Positions 12,475-22,536 of a stretch of 64,000 bases of DNA are shown here, one piece after another (position 1 is the first letter of the stretch; each line of letters opens with the position of its first letter). Position numbers and translations under genes: made by a program. This DNA comes from an uncultured Actinomycetota bacterium. GTDB taxonomy: Bacteria > Actinomycetota > Actinomycetes > JAHEKZ01. Under the pieces are notes generated by a model, which saw only the letters and a list, made by a program, of their open reading frames with translations, searched no databases and was not told the origin of the DNA. Location: NCBI GenBank assembly GCA_963829525.1, contig CAWHIJ010000003.1:672001-736000 (forward strand). The letters are read 5' to 3'.

Positions 12475-14046
12475 GTGAACGACTTTCCGGTACTGACCAC
12501 TCTCGGCCTCTTGCCGTTCGTCGCAGCCGTGCTTGTTGCTGCGCTGCCGCGGGGACGAGAACTGCTGGCCAAGCAGATCGCGCTGGCAGTGTCGCTCTTG
12601 ATGCTGGGCCTGACAGTGGCGATGGCCTTTTCGTTCGACCCGAATGCCGCCGAGCCGTTCCAGTTCGTCGAGAAGACAACCTGGATCGAGCGTTTTGGAA
12701 TCAGCTATGCAGTGGGCGTCGATGGCATAGCCCTGGTTCTGATTGCCATGGCTGTCTCGCTCGCACCGGTCGTCATCCTGGCTGGCTGGAACGACGCCGA
12801 CGACAATGATCGACACCGTCCGCAGACCTACTTTGCACTGTTGCTGGCATTGCTCGGTTGCATCGTGTACGTATTCGCTGCCACCGACCTCTTCCTGTTC
12901 TACGTCGCGTTCGAGGTCATGTTGGTTCCGGTCTACTTCTTGATCGGCATGTTCGGACGCGGTCAACGTACGTATGCGGCTGTCAAGTTCCTGCTGTATA
13001 GCCTGTTCGGCGGCCTGCTTCTACTGGCGGCGTTGATCGGGCTTTACGTCGTTTCAGCACAAGAGCTCGGGACGGGCACCTTCGACTGGACCCTGCTTGC
13101 GGGAATGCCGATCGACCCTGACACCCAGAAGATCCTCTTCGCCGGCTTCTTCTTTGCCTTTGCGATCAAGGCCCCCATGGTCCCGCTGCATACCTGGTTG
13201 CCGGACGCAGCAGCATCGGGAACGCCAGCGACCTCAACGCTTTTGGTCGGAGTTCTCGACAAGGTGGCGACGTTCGCGATGCTCCGCCTGGTCATTCCGA
13301 TCTTCCCGGATGCGTCCGAGTGGGCAGCCCCATTCGTGGTCGTCCTCGCCGTCATCAGCATTGTCTACGGGGCGTTGGTGGCCATCGGGCAGACCGACAT
13401 GTACCGGTTGATCGCGTACACCTCGGTGTCGCACTTCGGGTTCATCATCCTCGGCATCTTCGCCTTCACCGAGATCGGCGGTTCTGGTTCGGTGATCTAC
13501 ATGGTGGCGCACGGTCTGTCGACGGCTGCCTTGTTTATCGTTGCAGGCTATTTGGTCAAGCGCCGAGGATCGAGCCTGATCCCGTCGTTCGGCGGTGTCC
13601 AGCGAGTAGCGCCGATCCTGGCCGGTTTCTTCCTCTTCGCTGGGCTCTCCAGCCTCGCAATGCCCGGGCTGGCCAGTTTCGTCGGGGAGCTGACTGTGCT
13701 GATCGGGTCCTACCAGCGTTGGCCGGTTGCCGCCGGTATCGCCGTCATCGGGATCGTTCTCTCTTCTCTCTACGTGCTGATCATGTACCAGCGGGTGGCG
13801 ACCGGACCAGCAACTGAGAACGTCAAGGGGATGCGTGACGTTTTCCCGCGCGAACTGCTTGCCTTTGCCCCGATCATCGCCCTGACGGTCGCCGTTGGTG
13901 TGTTCCCCAAGCCGGTCTTCGATGCAGTGAACCCGGCGATCGCGCGCACCTACAGCTTCCTGAACGTCGAGCCGGTGCAACCAGACGTGCCCGTGGGTGA
14001 TGCGGGGCCCGAGAGCTCAGCGATCGAGGGGGAGGGGGACGAATGA
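12475..14046 (+). CDS. nuoM: NADH-quinone oxidoreductase subunit M
   Basis: FYVAFEVMLVP, IKAPMVPLHTWLPDA, LIAYTSVSHFG. Confidence 0.95.
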   Translation: MNDFPVLTTLGLLPFVAAVLVAALPRGRELLAKQIALAVSLLMLGLTVAMAFSFDPNAAEPFQFVEKTTWIERFGISYAVGVDGIALVLIAMAVSLAPVVILAGWNDADDNDRHRPQTYFALLLALLGCIVYVFAATDLFLFYVAFEVMLVPVYFLIGMFGRGQRTYAAVKFLLYSLFGGLLLLAALIGLYVVSAQELGTGTFDWTLLAGMPIDPDTQKILFAGFFFAFAIKAPMVPLHTWLPDAAASGTPATSTLLVGVLDKVATFAMLRLVIPIFPDASEWAAPFVVVLAVISIVYGALVAIGQTDMYRLIAYTSVSHFGFIILGIFAFTEIGGSGSVIYMVAHGLSTAALFIVAGYLVKRRGSSLIPSFGGVQRVAPILAGFFLFAGLSSLAMPGLASFVGELTVLIGSYQRWPVAAGIAVIGIVLSSLYVLIMYQRVATGPATENVKGMRDVFPRELLAFAPIIALTVAVGVFPKPVFDAVNPAIARTYSFLNVEPVQPDVPVGDAGPESSAIEGEGDE

Positions 14047-15599
14047 TGCCCCACCTCGTCGAGCCCTTCGACACCCCCTCGTTTGAGTACCAGCTACTTG
14101 CCCCGATGTTGATCGTCTTCGGGGGAGCCGTGATCGGCGTCTTGGTCGAGGCTTTCGCTCCGCGGAGCGCCCGTCGTAGCACGCAGCTGGTCTTGAGCCT
14201 GCTCACCCTCATTGCGGCCTTCGCCGCGCTGTTGGTGTGGACCAGACCAGAACTCGGCCAGATAGCGGCGTCGGGGAATGTCGCTATCGACGGCCCCGCC
14301 GTATTCTTCCAGGGCACCATCTTGATCCTGTCGTTCCTGGCCTTCCTGCTCTTCGCCGAGCGTGGAGTCGACTCGGCAGGTGATGCGTTCACACCGTCAG
14401 CCGCCACGATTCCGGGCAGCGCCTCCGAACGTGAGCTCACCACAGCAAGGGTGTCGCAGACCGAGATCTGGCCGCTGGCGCTCTTCTCGGTCGGTGGCAT
14501 GATGCTCTTCGTCGCCGCCGACGACCTGCTGACGTTCTTCGTCGCCCTTGAGGTCATGTCGCTGCCGCTCTATCTCCTCGTCGGGATGGCGCGTCGCCGG
14601 AGGCTGCTGAGCCAGGAGGCTGCGCTCAAGTACTTTCTGCTCGGGTCCTTCTCCTCAGCATTCCTGCTCTTCGGGTCGGCCTTCCTCTTCGGGTACTCCG
14701 GCTCGATCGCGTTCTCCGGCATCTACGACTCGTTGTCCACCGGCTTAGGGCTCGACCCGCTGCTCCTGATCGGTACGGGCCTTGTGTCAATCGGTCTCTT
14801 CTTCAAGGTCGGCGCCGTTCCGTTCCACTCCTGGGTTCCTGATGTCTACCAGGGTGCACCGACGCCAGTCACTGCATTCATGGCATCCGCCACCAAGGTG
14901 GCGGCCTTCGGAGCGATGCTTCGGTTGTACTACGTGGCTCTGGGTGACTACGACTGGAACTGGCGACCAATGTTCTGGGTCGTGACGATCCTCACGGTCG
15001 TTGTGGGTTCGGTCATGGCGATCACTCAGACCGACATCAAGCGCATGCTCGCCTATTCGTCGGTGGCTCAGGCCGGCTTCATCCTCATCGGTGTGACAGC
15101 GGCCTCGGACAAGGGCCTCTCGAGCTCGATGTTCTACCTCGCTGCCTACGGATTTGCGACGGTCGGCGCCTTCGCCCTCGTGACGTTGGTCCGGGACGGG
15201 ACCTCTGAGGCATCGCACCTGTCGCGATGGGCCGGACTTGGGCGAAGGGCCCCGATCCTGGCGGCGACTCTCTCGCTCTTCCTGCTTTCGTTCGCGGGGA
15301 TCCCGCTGACCAGTGGATTCATCGGGAAGTTCCTCGTCTTCGAAGCTGCAATCGATGGTGGCGCCACACCACTGGTGATCGTCGGCGCAGTCTTCAGCGC
15401 GGTGGCGGCGTTCTTCTACGTACGTGTGATCGTCCTCATGTACTTCTCGGACGCACCTGAGGATGCCCCGACAATTGCCGTCCCGAGCGCGCTCACGACG
15501 CTCTCCATCGCCGTTTGCGCTGCTGCGACGGTGGCCCTGGGTGTCTTCCCTGGCCCGGTCATCGATCTGGCTGAGCAGGCCGCCTCGTTCATCCGCTGA
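14043..15599 (+). CDS. nuoN: NADH-quinone oxidoreductase subunit N
   Basis: EAALKYFLLG, FKVGAVPFHSWVPDVYQGAP, KRMLAYSS. Confidence 0.95.
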   Translation: MMPHLVEPFDTPSFEYQLLAPMLIVFGGAVIGVLVEAFAPRSARRSTQLVLSLLTLIAAFAALLVWTRPELGQIAASGNVAIDGPAVFFQGTILILSFLAFLLFAERGVDSAGDAFTPSAATIPGSASERELTTARVSQTEIWPLALFSVGGMMLFVAADDLLTFFVALEVMSLPLYLLVGMARRRRLLSQEAALKYFLLGSFSSAFLLFGSAFLFGYSGSIAFSGIYDSLSTGLGLDPLLLIGTGLVSIGLFFKVGAVPFHSWVPDVYQGAPTPVTAFMASATKVAAFGAMLRLYYVALGDYDWNWRPMFWVVTILTVVVGSVMAITQTDIKRMLAYSSVAQAGFILIGVTAASDKGLSSSMFYLAAYGFATVGAFALVTLVRDGTSEASHLSRWAGLGRRAPILAATLSLFLLSFAGIPLTSGFIGKFLVFEAAIDGGATPLVIVGAVFSAVAAFFYVRVIVLMYFSDAPEDAPTIAVPSALTTLSIAVCAAATVALGVFPGPVIDLAEQAASFIR

Positions 15600-15600
15600 C

Positions 15601-16590
15601 ATGAATGAACTCGACCTCGGACACATCGACGCAGAGCTCGCTGCATCGCTGAACGACTCGCTCGAACGGGTCGAGAAACTGCTCCGAGGAAGTTTGGAGT
15701 CCGACTATCCGTTCGTCACCGAGGCATCGCGTCACCTGGTGGATGCTGGCGGCAAGCGCTTCCGTCCACTGCTGGTTCTGCTCGCCTCGCACTTCGGCGA
15801 CCCCTTGGCCGATGGTGTGCTTCCGGCCGCGGTGGTTGTTGAACTCACCCACCTGGCCACTCTCTACCACGACGACGTGATGGATGAGGCTGAGCTGCGG
15901 AGGGGCGCTCCCTCTGCAAATGCGCGTTGGGACAACACGGTGGCCATTCTCACCGGTGACTTTCTCTTCTCGAGGGCGTCCGAGCTGCTCGCGGATCTGG
16001 GTCCAGAGGCAGTACGTATCCAGGCGCAAACCTTCGGTCGACTCGTCGTTGGTCAGATCAAGGAAACCCTCGGACCGGCGGAGGAAGATGACCCGGTGCA
16101 GCACTATCTTGCAGTGGTTGCTGACAAGACAGGCTCGCTGATCGCTACGTCTGGCCGCTTCGGCGCGTTGATGTCTGGCGCCACGCCGGAGGTGGTGGAG
16201 GTCATGACCACGTACGGGGAGCAGATCGGGGTCGCCTTCCAGCTCGCAGACGATGTGCTGGATGTCAGCAGTGACAGCCGTGAGTCGGGCAAGACGCCGG
16301 GCACAGATCTTCGTGAGGGTGTCCGCACATTGCCGGTGTTGCACGCACTTGGCTCAACCGACCCTGGTGATGCGGAGCTGCAGGGGCTTCTGCGCGGCGA
16401 CCTCGCCGATGATGCCCGGCATGCGCGAGCGTTGGAACTCTTGCGGACTAGCGATGCCATGGCCCGATCTCGAGCAGATCTGCAGCGTCATGCCGACGCG
16501 GCGCGCGCCGTGCTTCGGCCACTCCCCGATGGGGCCGCTCGGTCCTCCCTTGAGTCACTCTGCGACGCGGTGATCTCTCGCGTCGGTTGA
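15601..16590 (+). CDS. Polyprenyl diphosphate synthase (probable menaquinone side chain)
   Basis: GGKRFRP, HDDVMD..LRRG (FARM), FQLADDVLD (SARM), KTG. Confidence 0.92.
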   Translation: MNELDLGHIDAELAASLNDSLERVEKLLRGSLESDYPFVTEASRHLVDAGGKRFRPLLVLLASHFGDPLADGVLPAAVVVELTHLATLYHDDVMDEAELRRGAPSANARWDNTVAILTGDFLFSRASELLADLGPEAVRIQAQTFGRLVVGQIKETLGPAEEDDPVQHYLAVVADKTGSLIATSGRFGALMSGATPEVVEVMTTYGEQIGVAFQLADDVLDVSSDSRESGKTPGTDLREGVRTLPVLHALGSTDPGDAELQGLLRGDLADDARHARALELLRTSDAMARSRADLQRHADAARAVLRPLPDGAARSSLESLCDAVISRVG

Positions 16591-16696
16591 AGCCCTTGCA
16601 CCGATGGCCCGGTGTTCGTCGTGCCAGGGAGGTCGACCCATCCGGCGGAAGCAATCGCATTTCCTGAATCACCACACAGGAGTCCCTTGCGCAGTT

Positions 16697-16714
16697 AACG
16701 TGTGATCACACATT
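16697..16714. promoter_or_regulatory. Near-perfect palindrome, candidate operator
   Basis: AACGTGTGATCACACATT with perfect 12-bp core GTGTGATCACAC, just upstream of the lipoprotein RBS. Confidence 0.4.
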
Positions 16715-16737
16715 GGCCCCGCCGCAAGGAGTCGATC

Positions 16738-18213
16738 ATGCGCCGCGTCGTTCCGTTGCTGCTCTTGGGATGCGTCTTGGCGGTGGCCGGATGCAGTGGG
16801 ACTCCCGGCCCATCAGCAGACTCCGACCCGCAATCGGGTGCGGTACTGGAGTTGGGCGGCAAGGCCGACGAAGTCGCCGAAGAGGCGAATCTGACCGAGG
16901 AGCGACTTGACGCACTGGCCGCGGCAAGATCCTCCGGAGACTTTGGTGCGGCGCCGCTGGCTCCGATCCGCGCGAACGGATGGTCCGGTGAGCAGCTGCT
17001 GAACCCGAAGACAGACGATTGGGAGCCGGCGCTGGCGGCCGACCCCAACGAGCCGTACGTCTACCTGACCACCACGCGCTACGGCGCTGGCAAGACCTGC
17101 GCCAAGCACTGCCCGTCGCCCTATCTTGCTACGACGATCTCAACCGATGGTGGCGCCACATGGGGTGAGCAGGTGCCGCTCTGCGTCTGCCGTGGTGCAG
17201 GTGGGCAGTACGACCCCACGATGGAGGTTGTGCCGAAGAACGGGTTTGTCTACTCGGTCTTCCTCAACGGCGATCGCGCTGGTGCCTTCTCGGCGTCGTT
17301 CATCAAGTCAACCGACCATGGTCGTACGTGGACCGACCCGGTCCACGTCTACGGGCACGTCTCGTGGACCGACAAGCCGGAAGTCACCATGAGCCCGAAC
17401 GGCAAGGACGTCTATGTCTCGTGGAACGGGCCCCAGGGCGGTGACCTCTACGTAGGCGTCTCGCACGACTACGGCAAGACCTGGTCACACGAGAAGCTCA
17501 CCACGTCGAAACGCTACTACTACGCATATGACGCGACCGTGCTGCCGGACGGCGTGGTGATGTTTGCAGAAAGCAGTGTCGTGTATGGAGGTCCGGGGCA
17601 GTCAGTCAGTGGACCGATTTGGCACCACGCGGTTATCTCCCGCGACCGTGGAGCCAGCTGGGAGAACGTCGTCGTCGCCAAGGTCGCCGGCGGAGAGCCG
17701 TGTGTCGCCCTGGGCTGCGGTAGCGACTACTACACGGGGCAAGCGAGTATCACCAGTGACACGAAGGGCAACGTCGTCTTCGGGTACGAGGGGGCGACGG
17801 TCGATCAGGGGCCGCAGCGCGTGTACGTGAAGACCTCCACCGACGAGGGGAGGTCGTGGGGATCCAGTGTCGCTCTCTCGGTCTCGGGTGAGAACGCGAC
17901 CGGTCCAAGGTTGGCATCGTCAGGCACGGGTGACGCACGAATCTGGTACATGCAGACCTCCAACGGTGACGATCAGGATGCCTGGAATGTTTGGTACCGG
18001 AGCTCTGCAGACGGCGGAAAGTCGTGGAGCTCACCGGTGCGACTCAGTAATGCGACGACCGGTCCTGGGTACAAGTCGGCGGAAGGTTTCGCGGAGATCT
18101 ACGGAGACTACGGCGAGATCGAGGTGACCAGCGCCGGCAATACCGTTGCTGCCTGGGGTGAGGGCTTTGACTACGTCGGACCCGGTGGCACCTGGTTCGC
18201 GGTGCAGAACTAA
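16738..18213 (+). CDS. Lipoprotein with six BNR/Asp-box repeats (sialidase-like beta-propeller)
   Basis: MRR+hydrophobic+LAVAGC lipobox; STDGGATW, STDHGRTW, SHDYGKTW, SRDRGASW, STDEGRSW, SADGGKSW. Confidence 0.8.
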   Translation: MRRVVPLLLLGCVLAVAGCSGTPGPSADSDPQSGAVLELGGKADEVAEEANLTEERLDALAAARSSGDFGAAPLAPIRANGWSGEQLLNPKTDDWEPALAADPNEPYVYLTTTRYGAGKTCAKHCPSPYLATTISTDGGATWGEQVPLCVCRGAGGQYDPTMEVVPKNGFVYSVFLNGDRAGAFSASFIKSTDHGRTWTDPVHVYGHVSWTDKPEVTMSPNGKDVYVSWNGPQGGDLYVGVSHDYGKTWSHEKLTTSKRYYYAYDATVLPDGVVMFAESSVVYGGPGQSVSGPIWHHAVISRDRGASWENVVVAKVAGGEPCVALGCGSDYYTGQASITSDTKGNVVFGYEGATVDQGPQRVYVKTSTDEGRSWGSSVALSVSGENATGPRLASSGTGDARIWYMQTSNGDDQDAWNVWYRSSADGGKSWSSPVRLSNATTGPGYKSAEGFAEIYGDYGEIEVTSAGNTVAAWGEGFDYVGPGGTWFAVQN

Positions 18214-18324
18214 GAGGCGCACGGGGTCTGCCGCGATTTGCCTATCTGTCGTTCGCTGAAAGGCTCGGGACGGTAGGTTTCTCCAAAGTAGACGTCACAC
18301 TTGCCGCACAGATGGGTGTCTCCG

Positions 18325-18513
18325 ATGAAGTTCATCGCCTGGTTGATCGCTGTCCTTACCGCGGGCTACATGGTCCCGTGGGCTATCGCGGTTACGCGAT
18401 CGAAGTCGAACACGGGCAAGGTTCTGGTCGTGAACCTGCTGTTGGGTTGGACCTTGATCGGTTGGGTGTGGGCCCTGGTCATGTCACTTGGAGACGAACC
18501 CTCGACTGTCTGA
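18325..18513 (+). CDS. Superinfection immunity protein (T4 Imm-like small membrane protein)
   Basis: YMVPWAIAVTR...NLLLGWTLIGWVWALVMSL matches the Imm signature YxxPxxIA...NLxLGWTxIGWxxAL. Confidence 0.75.
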   Translation: MKFIAWLIAVLTAGYMVPWAIAVTRSKSNTGKVLVVNLLLGWTLIGWVWALVMSLGDEPSTV

Positions 18514-18523
18514 CGTCGCCTGG

Positions 18524-19450
18524 TCAGTGTGCCTCCTGGGCTCGCTTGTCGATCTCCAGATCCGGCCGGCTTCGCCCTCGGTGCACTGCAGCCATTGAGT
18601 CGATGGCCAAGATGACCAGGGCTGACCAGACGAGGGCAAATCCGACCCAGCGGGATGCCGGCATGGGTTCGTTGTAGACGAACACGCCGATGAGGAACTG
18701 CAAGATCGGGGCGGAGTACTGGAGCAGTCCGATCCAAGTGAGGGGAATCCGGGTAGCGGCGGCCCCGAAGAAGAGCAGCGGGATGACCGTGATCACCCCG
18801 AGGGATGCTAAGAGGGCAGCCATCTGCGGACCCTCTGTCGCCATCGCACTCGATCCGGTGACGAGCAGAAAGCCGAGGTACGCGGCGGCCACCGGAGCGA
18901 GAATCGCAGTCTCGGCTGAAAGGCTCTCGACTGCTCCCATGTCGAGTGTCTTCTTGAGCAGGCCGTAGGTGCCAAAGCTGACCGCCAGCGTCAGTGCTAT
19001 CCAGGGAAGTCCTCCGTAGTCGAGCGTGAGAACGATCACGGCGACCCCGCCGAGTGCAACGGCGGCCCACTGGATGGCCCGCAGCCTCTCGTTGAACACA
19101 ACGACACCGAACAACACGCTTACCAGAGGGTTGATGAAGTAGCCCAGTGACGTTTGGACCACCTGGTCGCTGTTGACACCGTAGATGTAGACCCCCCAGT
19201 TGACGGCGATGGTCACGGCAGCAGCTGGGAGCAGCAACATCCGTCGCCGATCACCAAGCAACGGCCGGATCCATGACCATCGGCCCGTGACGGCGAGGAC
19301 GATGAGCAGGAAGGCCAGAGACCAGACGACCCGGTGAGCCAGGATCTCAAGCGGGGTGGTCGGCTCAAGAAGCGGGAAGTACAGCGGGAAGACGCCCCAC
19401 AGCAGGTAGGCGCTCAAGCCATAGATAAGTCCACGACGGCGCTCAGGCAC
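18524..19450 (-). CDS. rarD: EamA-family transporter RarD
   Basis: AYLLWG..PLYF, LAHRVVWS, SLGYFINPLV, GLLQY.AP.LQF. Confidence 0.9.
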   Translation of the reverse strand: MPERRRGLIYGLSAYLLWGVFPLYFPLLEPTTPLEILAHRVVWSLAFLLIVLAVTGRWSWIRPLLGDRRRMLLLPAAAVTIAVNWGVYIYGVNSDQVVQTSLGYFINPLVSVLFGVVVFNERLRAIQWAAVALGGVAVIVLTLDYGGLPWIALTLAVSFGTYGLLKKTLDMGAVESLSAETAILAPVAAAYLGFLLVTGSSAMATEGPQMAALLASLGVITVIPLLFFGAAATRIPLTWIGLLQYSAPILQFLIGVFVYNEPMPASRWVGFALVWSALVILAIDSMAAVHRGRSRPDLEIDKRAQEAH

Positions 19451-19488
19451 GACGTCATCTTGTCACCCGGCGAGAAGCGGCCAGTTGG

Positions 19489-20601
19489 TCAGGCCTCAAC
19501 GGTCCAGGTGTCTTTACCCGCAATCAGGTCTTCGAGTACCGGTCGGTCACCGATTCCCTGGTCGTCGACCGCAGCGGCGATCTGTTCGTGGAGCAGGTCG
19601 TCATAGGTGGCGCGGTGCACGTCTCGGTAGACCCCGATGGCGGTGGTGCGCAGCGAGCTCGGGTCTGCGAGTCGGGAGAGCGCGAAGGCGACCTCCGGAT
19701 TGGGAGCATGAGCATCGTGGACGATCAGCCGCTTGGTGCCGTACTCGGCTGCATCCACGACACGCAAAGTGCCATCGGGCATCCGGGCAACGCCATGCTG
19801 GCCCTCGGCTCCGAAGCGCACCGGCTCACCATGCTCGAGTCTGATCACCGCATCGTCCTTGGTGTCGGGCGACTTCAGCAGCTCGAATGCGCCGTCATTG
19901 AATATGTTGCAATTCTGGTAGATCTCGACGAGGGCGGTTCCGCGATGGTGCGCCGCTGCTCGCAGAACTCCGGTGAGGTGCTTGCGGTCTGAGTCGATCG
20001 TGCGTGCCACGAAGGAGGCCTCAGCGCCCAGCGCGAGAGACACCGGGTTGAACGGGACGTCGAGCGAGCCGAGCGGCGTCGATTTGGTGACTTTGCCCTG
20101 CTCCGAGGTTGGCGAGTACTGGCCCTTCGTCAGCCCGTAGATGCGGTTGTTGAAGAGCAGTACCTTGAGGTTGACGTTCCTGCGCAGGGCATGGATCAGG
20201 TGATTGCCGCCGATCGAAAGCGCGTCGCCGTCACCGGTGACGACCCAGACCGAGAGGTCGGGACGCGAAATGGCCAGCCCCGTGGCGATGGCAGGAGCCC
20301 GGCCATGGATGGAGTGCATGCCGTAGGTGTTCATGTAATACGGAAAGCGAGACGAGCACCCGATTCCCGAGACGAAGACGATGTTCTCGCGGCGGATGTT
20401 GAGTTCGGGTAGGAACGACTGAACGGCTGCCAGCACCGCGTAGTCGCCGCAGCCGGGACACCAGCGCACCTCCTGGTCAGTCTTGAAGTCCTTGGTGGTC
20501 AATGGTTCGTCGACCGTTGGGACTCCGGCGAGCGGATCGACGTGTGAGTTCTTGCCAGCCGCAGCGGCGATGAGCCCGAACCCGGGCGCTGGGCTATTCA
20601 T
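19489..20601 (-). CDS. korB: 2-oxoacid:ferredoxin oxidoreductase beta subunit
   Basis: WCPGCGD, SGIGCSSR, HGRA, GDGD...NN TPP motif, GLTKGQYSPT. Confidence 0.93.
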   Translation of the reverse strand: MNSPAPGFGLIAAAAGKNSHVDPLAGVPTVDEPLTTKDFKTDQEVRWCPGCGDYAVLAAVQSFLPELNIRRENIVFVSGIGCSSRFPYYMNTYGMHSIHGRAPAIATGLAISRPDLSVWVVTGDGDALSIGGNHLIHALRRNVNLKVLLFNNRIYGLTKGQYSPTSEQGKVTKSTPLGSLDVPFNPVSLALGAEASFVARTIDSDRKHLTGVLRAAAHHRGTALVEIYQNCNIFNDGAFELLKSPDTKDDAVIRLEHGEPVRFGAEGQHGVARMPDGTLRVVDAAEYGTKRLIVHDAHAPNPEVAFALSRLADPSSLRTTAIGVYRDVHRATYDDLLHEQIAAAVDDQGIGDRPVLEDLIAGKDTWTVEA

Positions 20602-22456
20602 CGGTGGCTGCCTCCTGGATCACAGATGCGAGCTCGGCTGCCTTGAACGGTAAACCACGCACCTGCGTGTATGACACGACGTCGACGAGGAACCGTCCGC
20701 GCAGCAGCAGAGCCAACTGCCCAAGGTTCATCTCGGGGAGCAGGACCTTGCGGTAGCCCTTCAGCACTTGCTCAGTGTTCTCCGGAAACGGGTTGAGATG
20801 ACGGAAGTGAGCTTGGGCAACGTGCAGACCAGCGTCTCGACAGCGCCGAACGGCTGCGCCGATAGGTCCGTAGGTGGACCCCCAACCGAGCACCAGAATG
20901 TCGGCGTCACCGTCAGGGTCGTCGACTTCGAGGCGAGGAATGGACGCAGCGATACGGTCCACCTTGGCTTGGCGGGTGCGCACCATCAAGTCGTGATTGG
21001 CTGGGTCGTATGAGACGTTGCCGCTGCCGTCTTGCTTCTCGAGGCCGCCGATGCGGTGCTCCAACCCGGCGGTGCCAGGCGCGGCCCACGCACGAGCGAG
21101 CGTCTGGGAGTCGCGCAGGTACGGCCAGAACTCCTCTGTGCCGTTGGCCGCTACGTGGTTGGCGACGATCGCGAAATCGGGATCGATCGGTGGAAGATCA
21201 TCGAGGTCAGGCAGCCGCCAAGGTTCTGAGCCATTGGCCAGGTATCCGTCGGACAGCACGATCACGGGTGTCCGATACGTCACGGCGATCCGCACCGCCT
21301 CCACGGCAGCGCTGAAGCAGTCGCTGGGGGAGCGCGGGGCGACTACTGGTACAGGTGCCTCGCCGTTCCTGCCGTATAGAGCCTGCAGCAGATCTGACTG
21401 CTCGGTCTTGGTGGGCAAGCCGGTCGATGGTCCACCACGCTGGATGTCGCAAATGACCAGCGGCAGCTCAAGCGAGACGGCCAGTCCTACCGTTTCCGCC
21501 TTGAGCGCCAGTCCGGGGCCGGACGTCGTGGTGACCCCGAGGTGTCCGCCGAATGCTGCGCCGAGTGCAGCGCCAACGCCAGCTATCTCGTCTTCGGCTT
21601 GAAAGGTGCGCACGCCGAACCGCTTGTGCTTGCTCAGCTCATGGAGGATGTCTGAAGCCGGGGTGATTGGGTAGGACCCGAGAAACAGAGGGAGCGATGA
21701 TCGCCACGAGGCGGCCAGCAGCCCGTACGCCATTGCGAGGTTTCCACTGATGTTGCGGTAGCGGCCCGGGCGTACCGGCGCCGGTTTGATCTCGTAGGAG
21801 ACCGAGAAGTCTTCGGTTGTCTCGCCAAAGCTCCAGCCGGCTTCGAAGGCGATGGTGTTTGCGCGCAGGAGCTCAGGCTTGCTGGCGAACTTCTTCTTGA
21901 GGAATTCGATGGTTCCCTCGGTCGGGCGGTGGTACAGCCAGCACAGCAGCCCGAGAGCAAACATGTTCTTCGCCCGCTCGGCATCCTTGCGGGTCACGTC
22001 AACGCCCTTGAGCGCTTCGACGGTCATCGAGGTGAGGGGGATGGCGTGCACCCGGTAGGCGTCGAGAGCACCGGCTTCCAGAGGGTTCTCGAGGTAGCCG
22101 ACCCGTGCCAGGTTGCGCTTGGTGAACTCGTCGGTGTTGACGATGAGGTCCGAGCCCCTCGGCAGGTCGGGGAGGTTGGCCTTGAGGGCGGCCGGGTTCA
22201 TCGCTACCAGGACGTTGGGGGAGTCCCCCGGAGTCATGATGTCGTGATCGGCGAAGTGCAGCTGGAAGGCCGAGACCCCAGGGAGAGTTCCTGCTGGCGC
22301 CCTGATCTCAGCCGGGAAGTCCGGCAAGGTAGCCAGGTCGTTGCCCAGCAGGGCCGTCTCACTGGTGAAGCGGTCACCGGTCAACTGCATGCCATCGCCA
22401 CTGTCACCTGCGAACCGAATGATCACTCGATCCAGCTGCACTACCTGCTTGGCCAC
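20594..22456 (-). CDS. korA: 2-oxoacid:ferredoxin oxidoreductase alpha subunit (gamma-alpha fusion)
   Basis: AGDSGDGMQL, EIRAPAG, YPITPAS, QAEDEI, TSGPG, QRGGPSTG.PT. Confidence 0.93.
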   Translation of the reverse strand: MAKQVVQLDRVIIRFAGDSGDGMQLTGDRFTSETALLGNDLATLPDFPAEIRAPAGTLPGVSAFQLHFADHDIMTPGDSPNVLVAMNPAALKANLPDLPRGSDLIVNTDEFTKRNLARVGYLENPLEAGALDAYRVHAIPLTSMTVEALKGVDVTRKDAERAKNMFALGLLCWLYHRPTEGTIEFLKKKFASKPELLRANTIAFEAGWSFGETTEDFSVSYEIKPAPVRPGRYRNISGNLAMAYGLLAASWRSSLPLFLGSYPITPASDILHELSKHKRFGVRTFQAEDEIAGVGAALGAAFGGHLGVTTTSGPGLALKAETVGLAVSLELPLVICDIQRGGPSTGLPTKTEQSDLLQALYGRNGEAPVPVVAPRSPSDCFSAAVEAVRIAVTYRTPVIVLSDGYLANGSEPWRLPDLDDLPPIDPDFAIVANHVAANGTEEFWPYLRDSQTLARAWAAPGTAGLEHRIGGLEKQDGSGNVSYDPANHDLMVRTRQAKVDRIAASIPRLEVDDPDGDADILVLGWGSTYGPIGAAVRRCRDAGLHVAQAHFRHLNPFPENTEQVLKGYRKVLLPEMNLGQLALLLRGRFLVDVVSYTQVRGLPFKAAELASVIQEAATDE

Positions 22457-22536
22457 GGTCTGATGCTACGTCCAGGCTGACCCCTACGATGGGTCGCCTA
22501 GTGCCTTGAGGCATAAATCACGCGGAGGAGGGCGGC
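22457..22536. promoter_or_regulatory. Compact divergent promoter region korA / nuoA2
   Basis: Minus strand TAGCAT (22468-22463) 6 nt before the korA GTG (leaderless); plus strand TACGAT (22485-22490); GGAGGAGG RBS for nuoA2. Confidence 0.5.
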
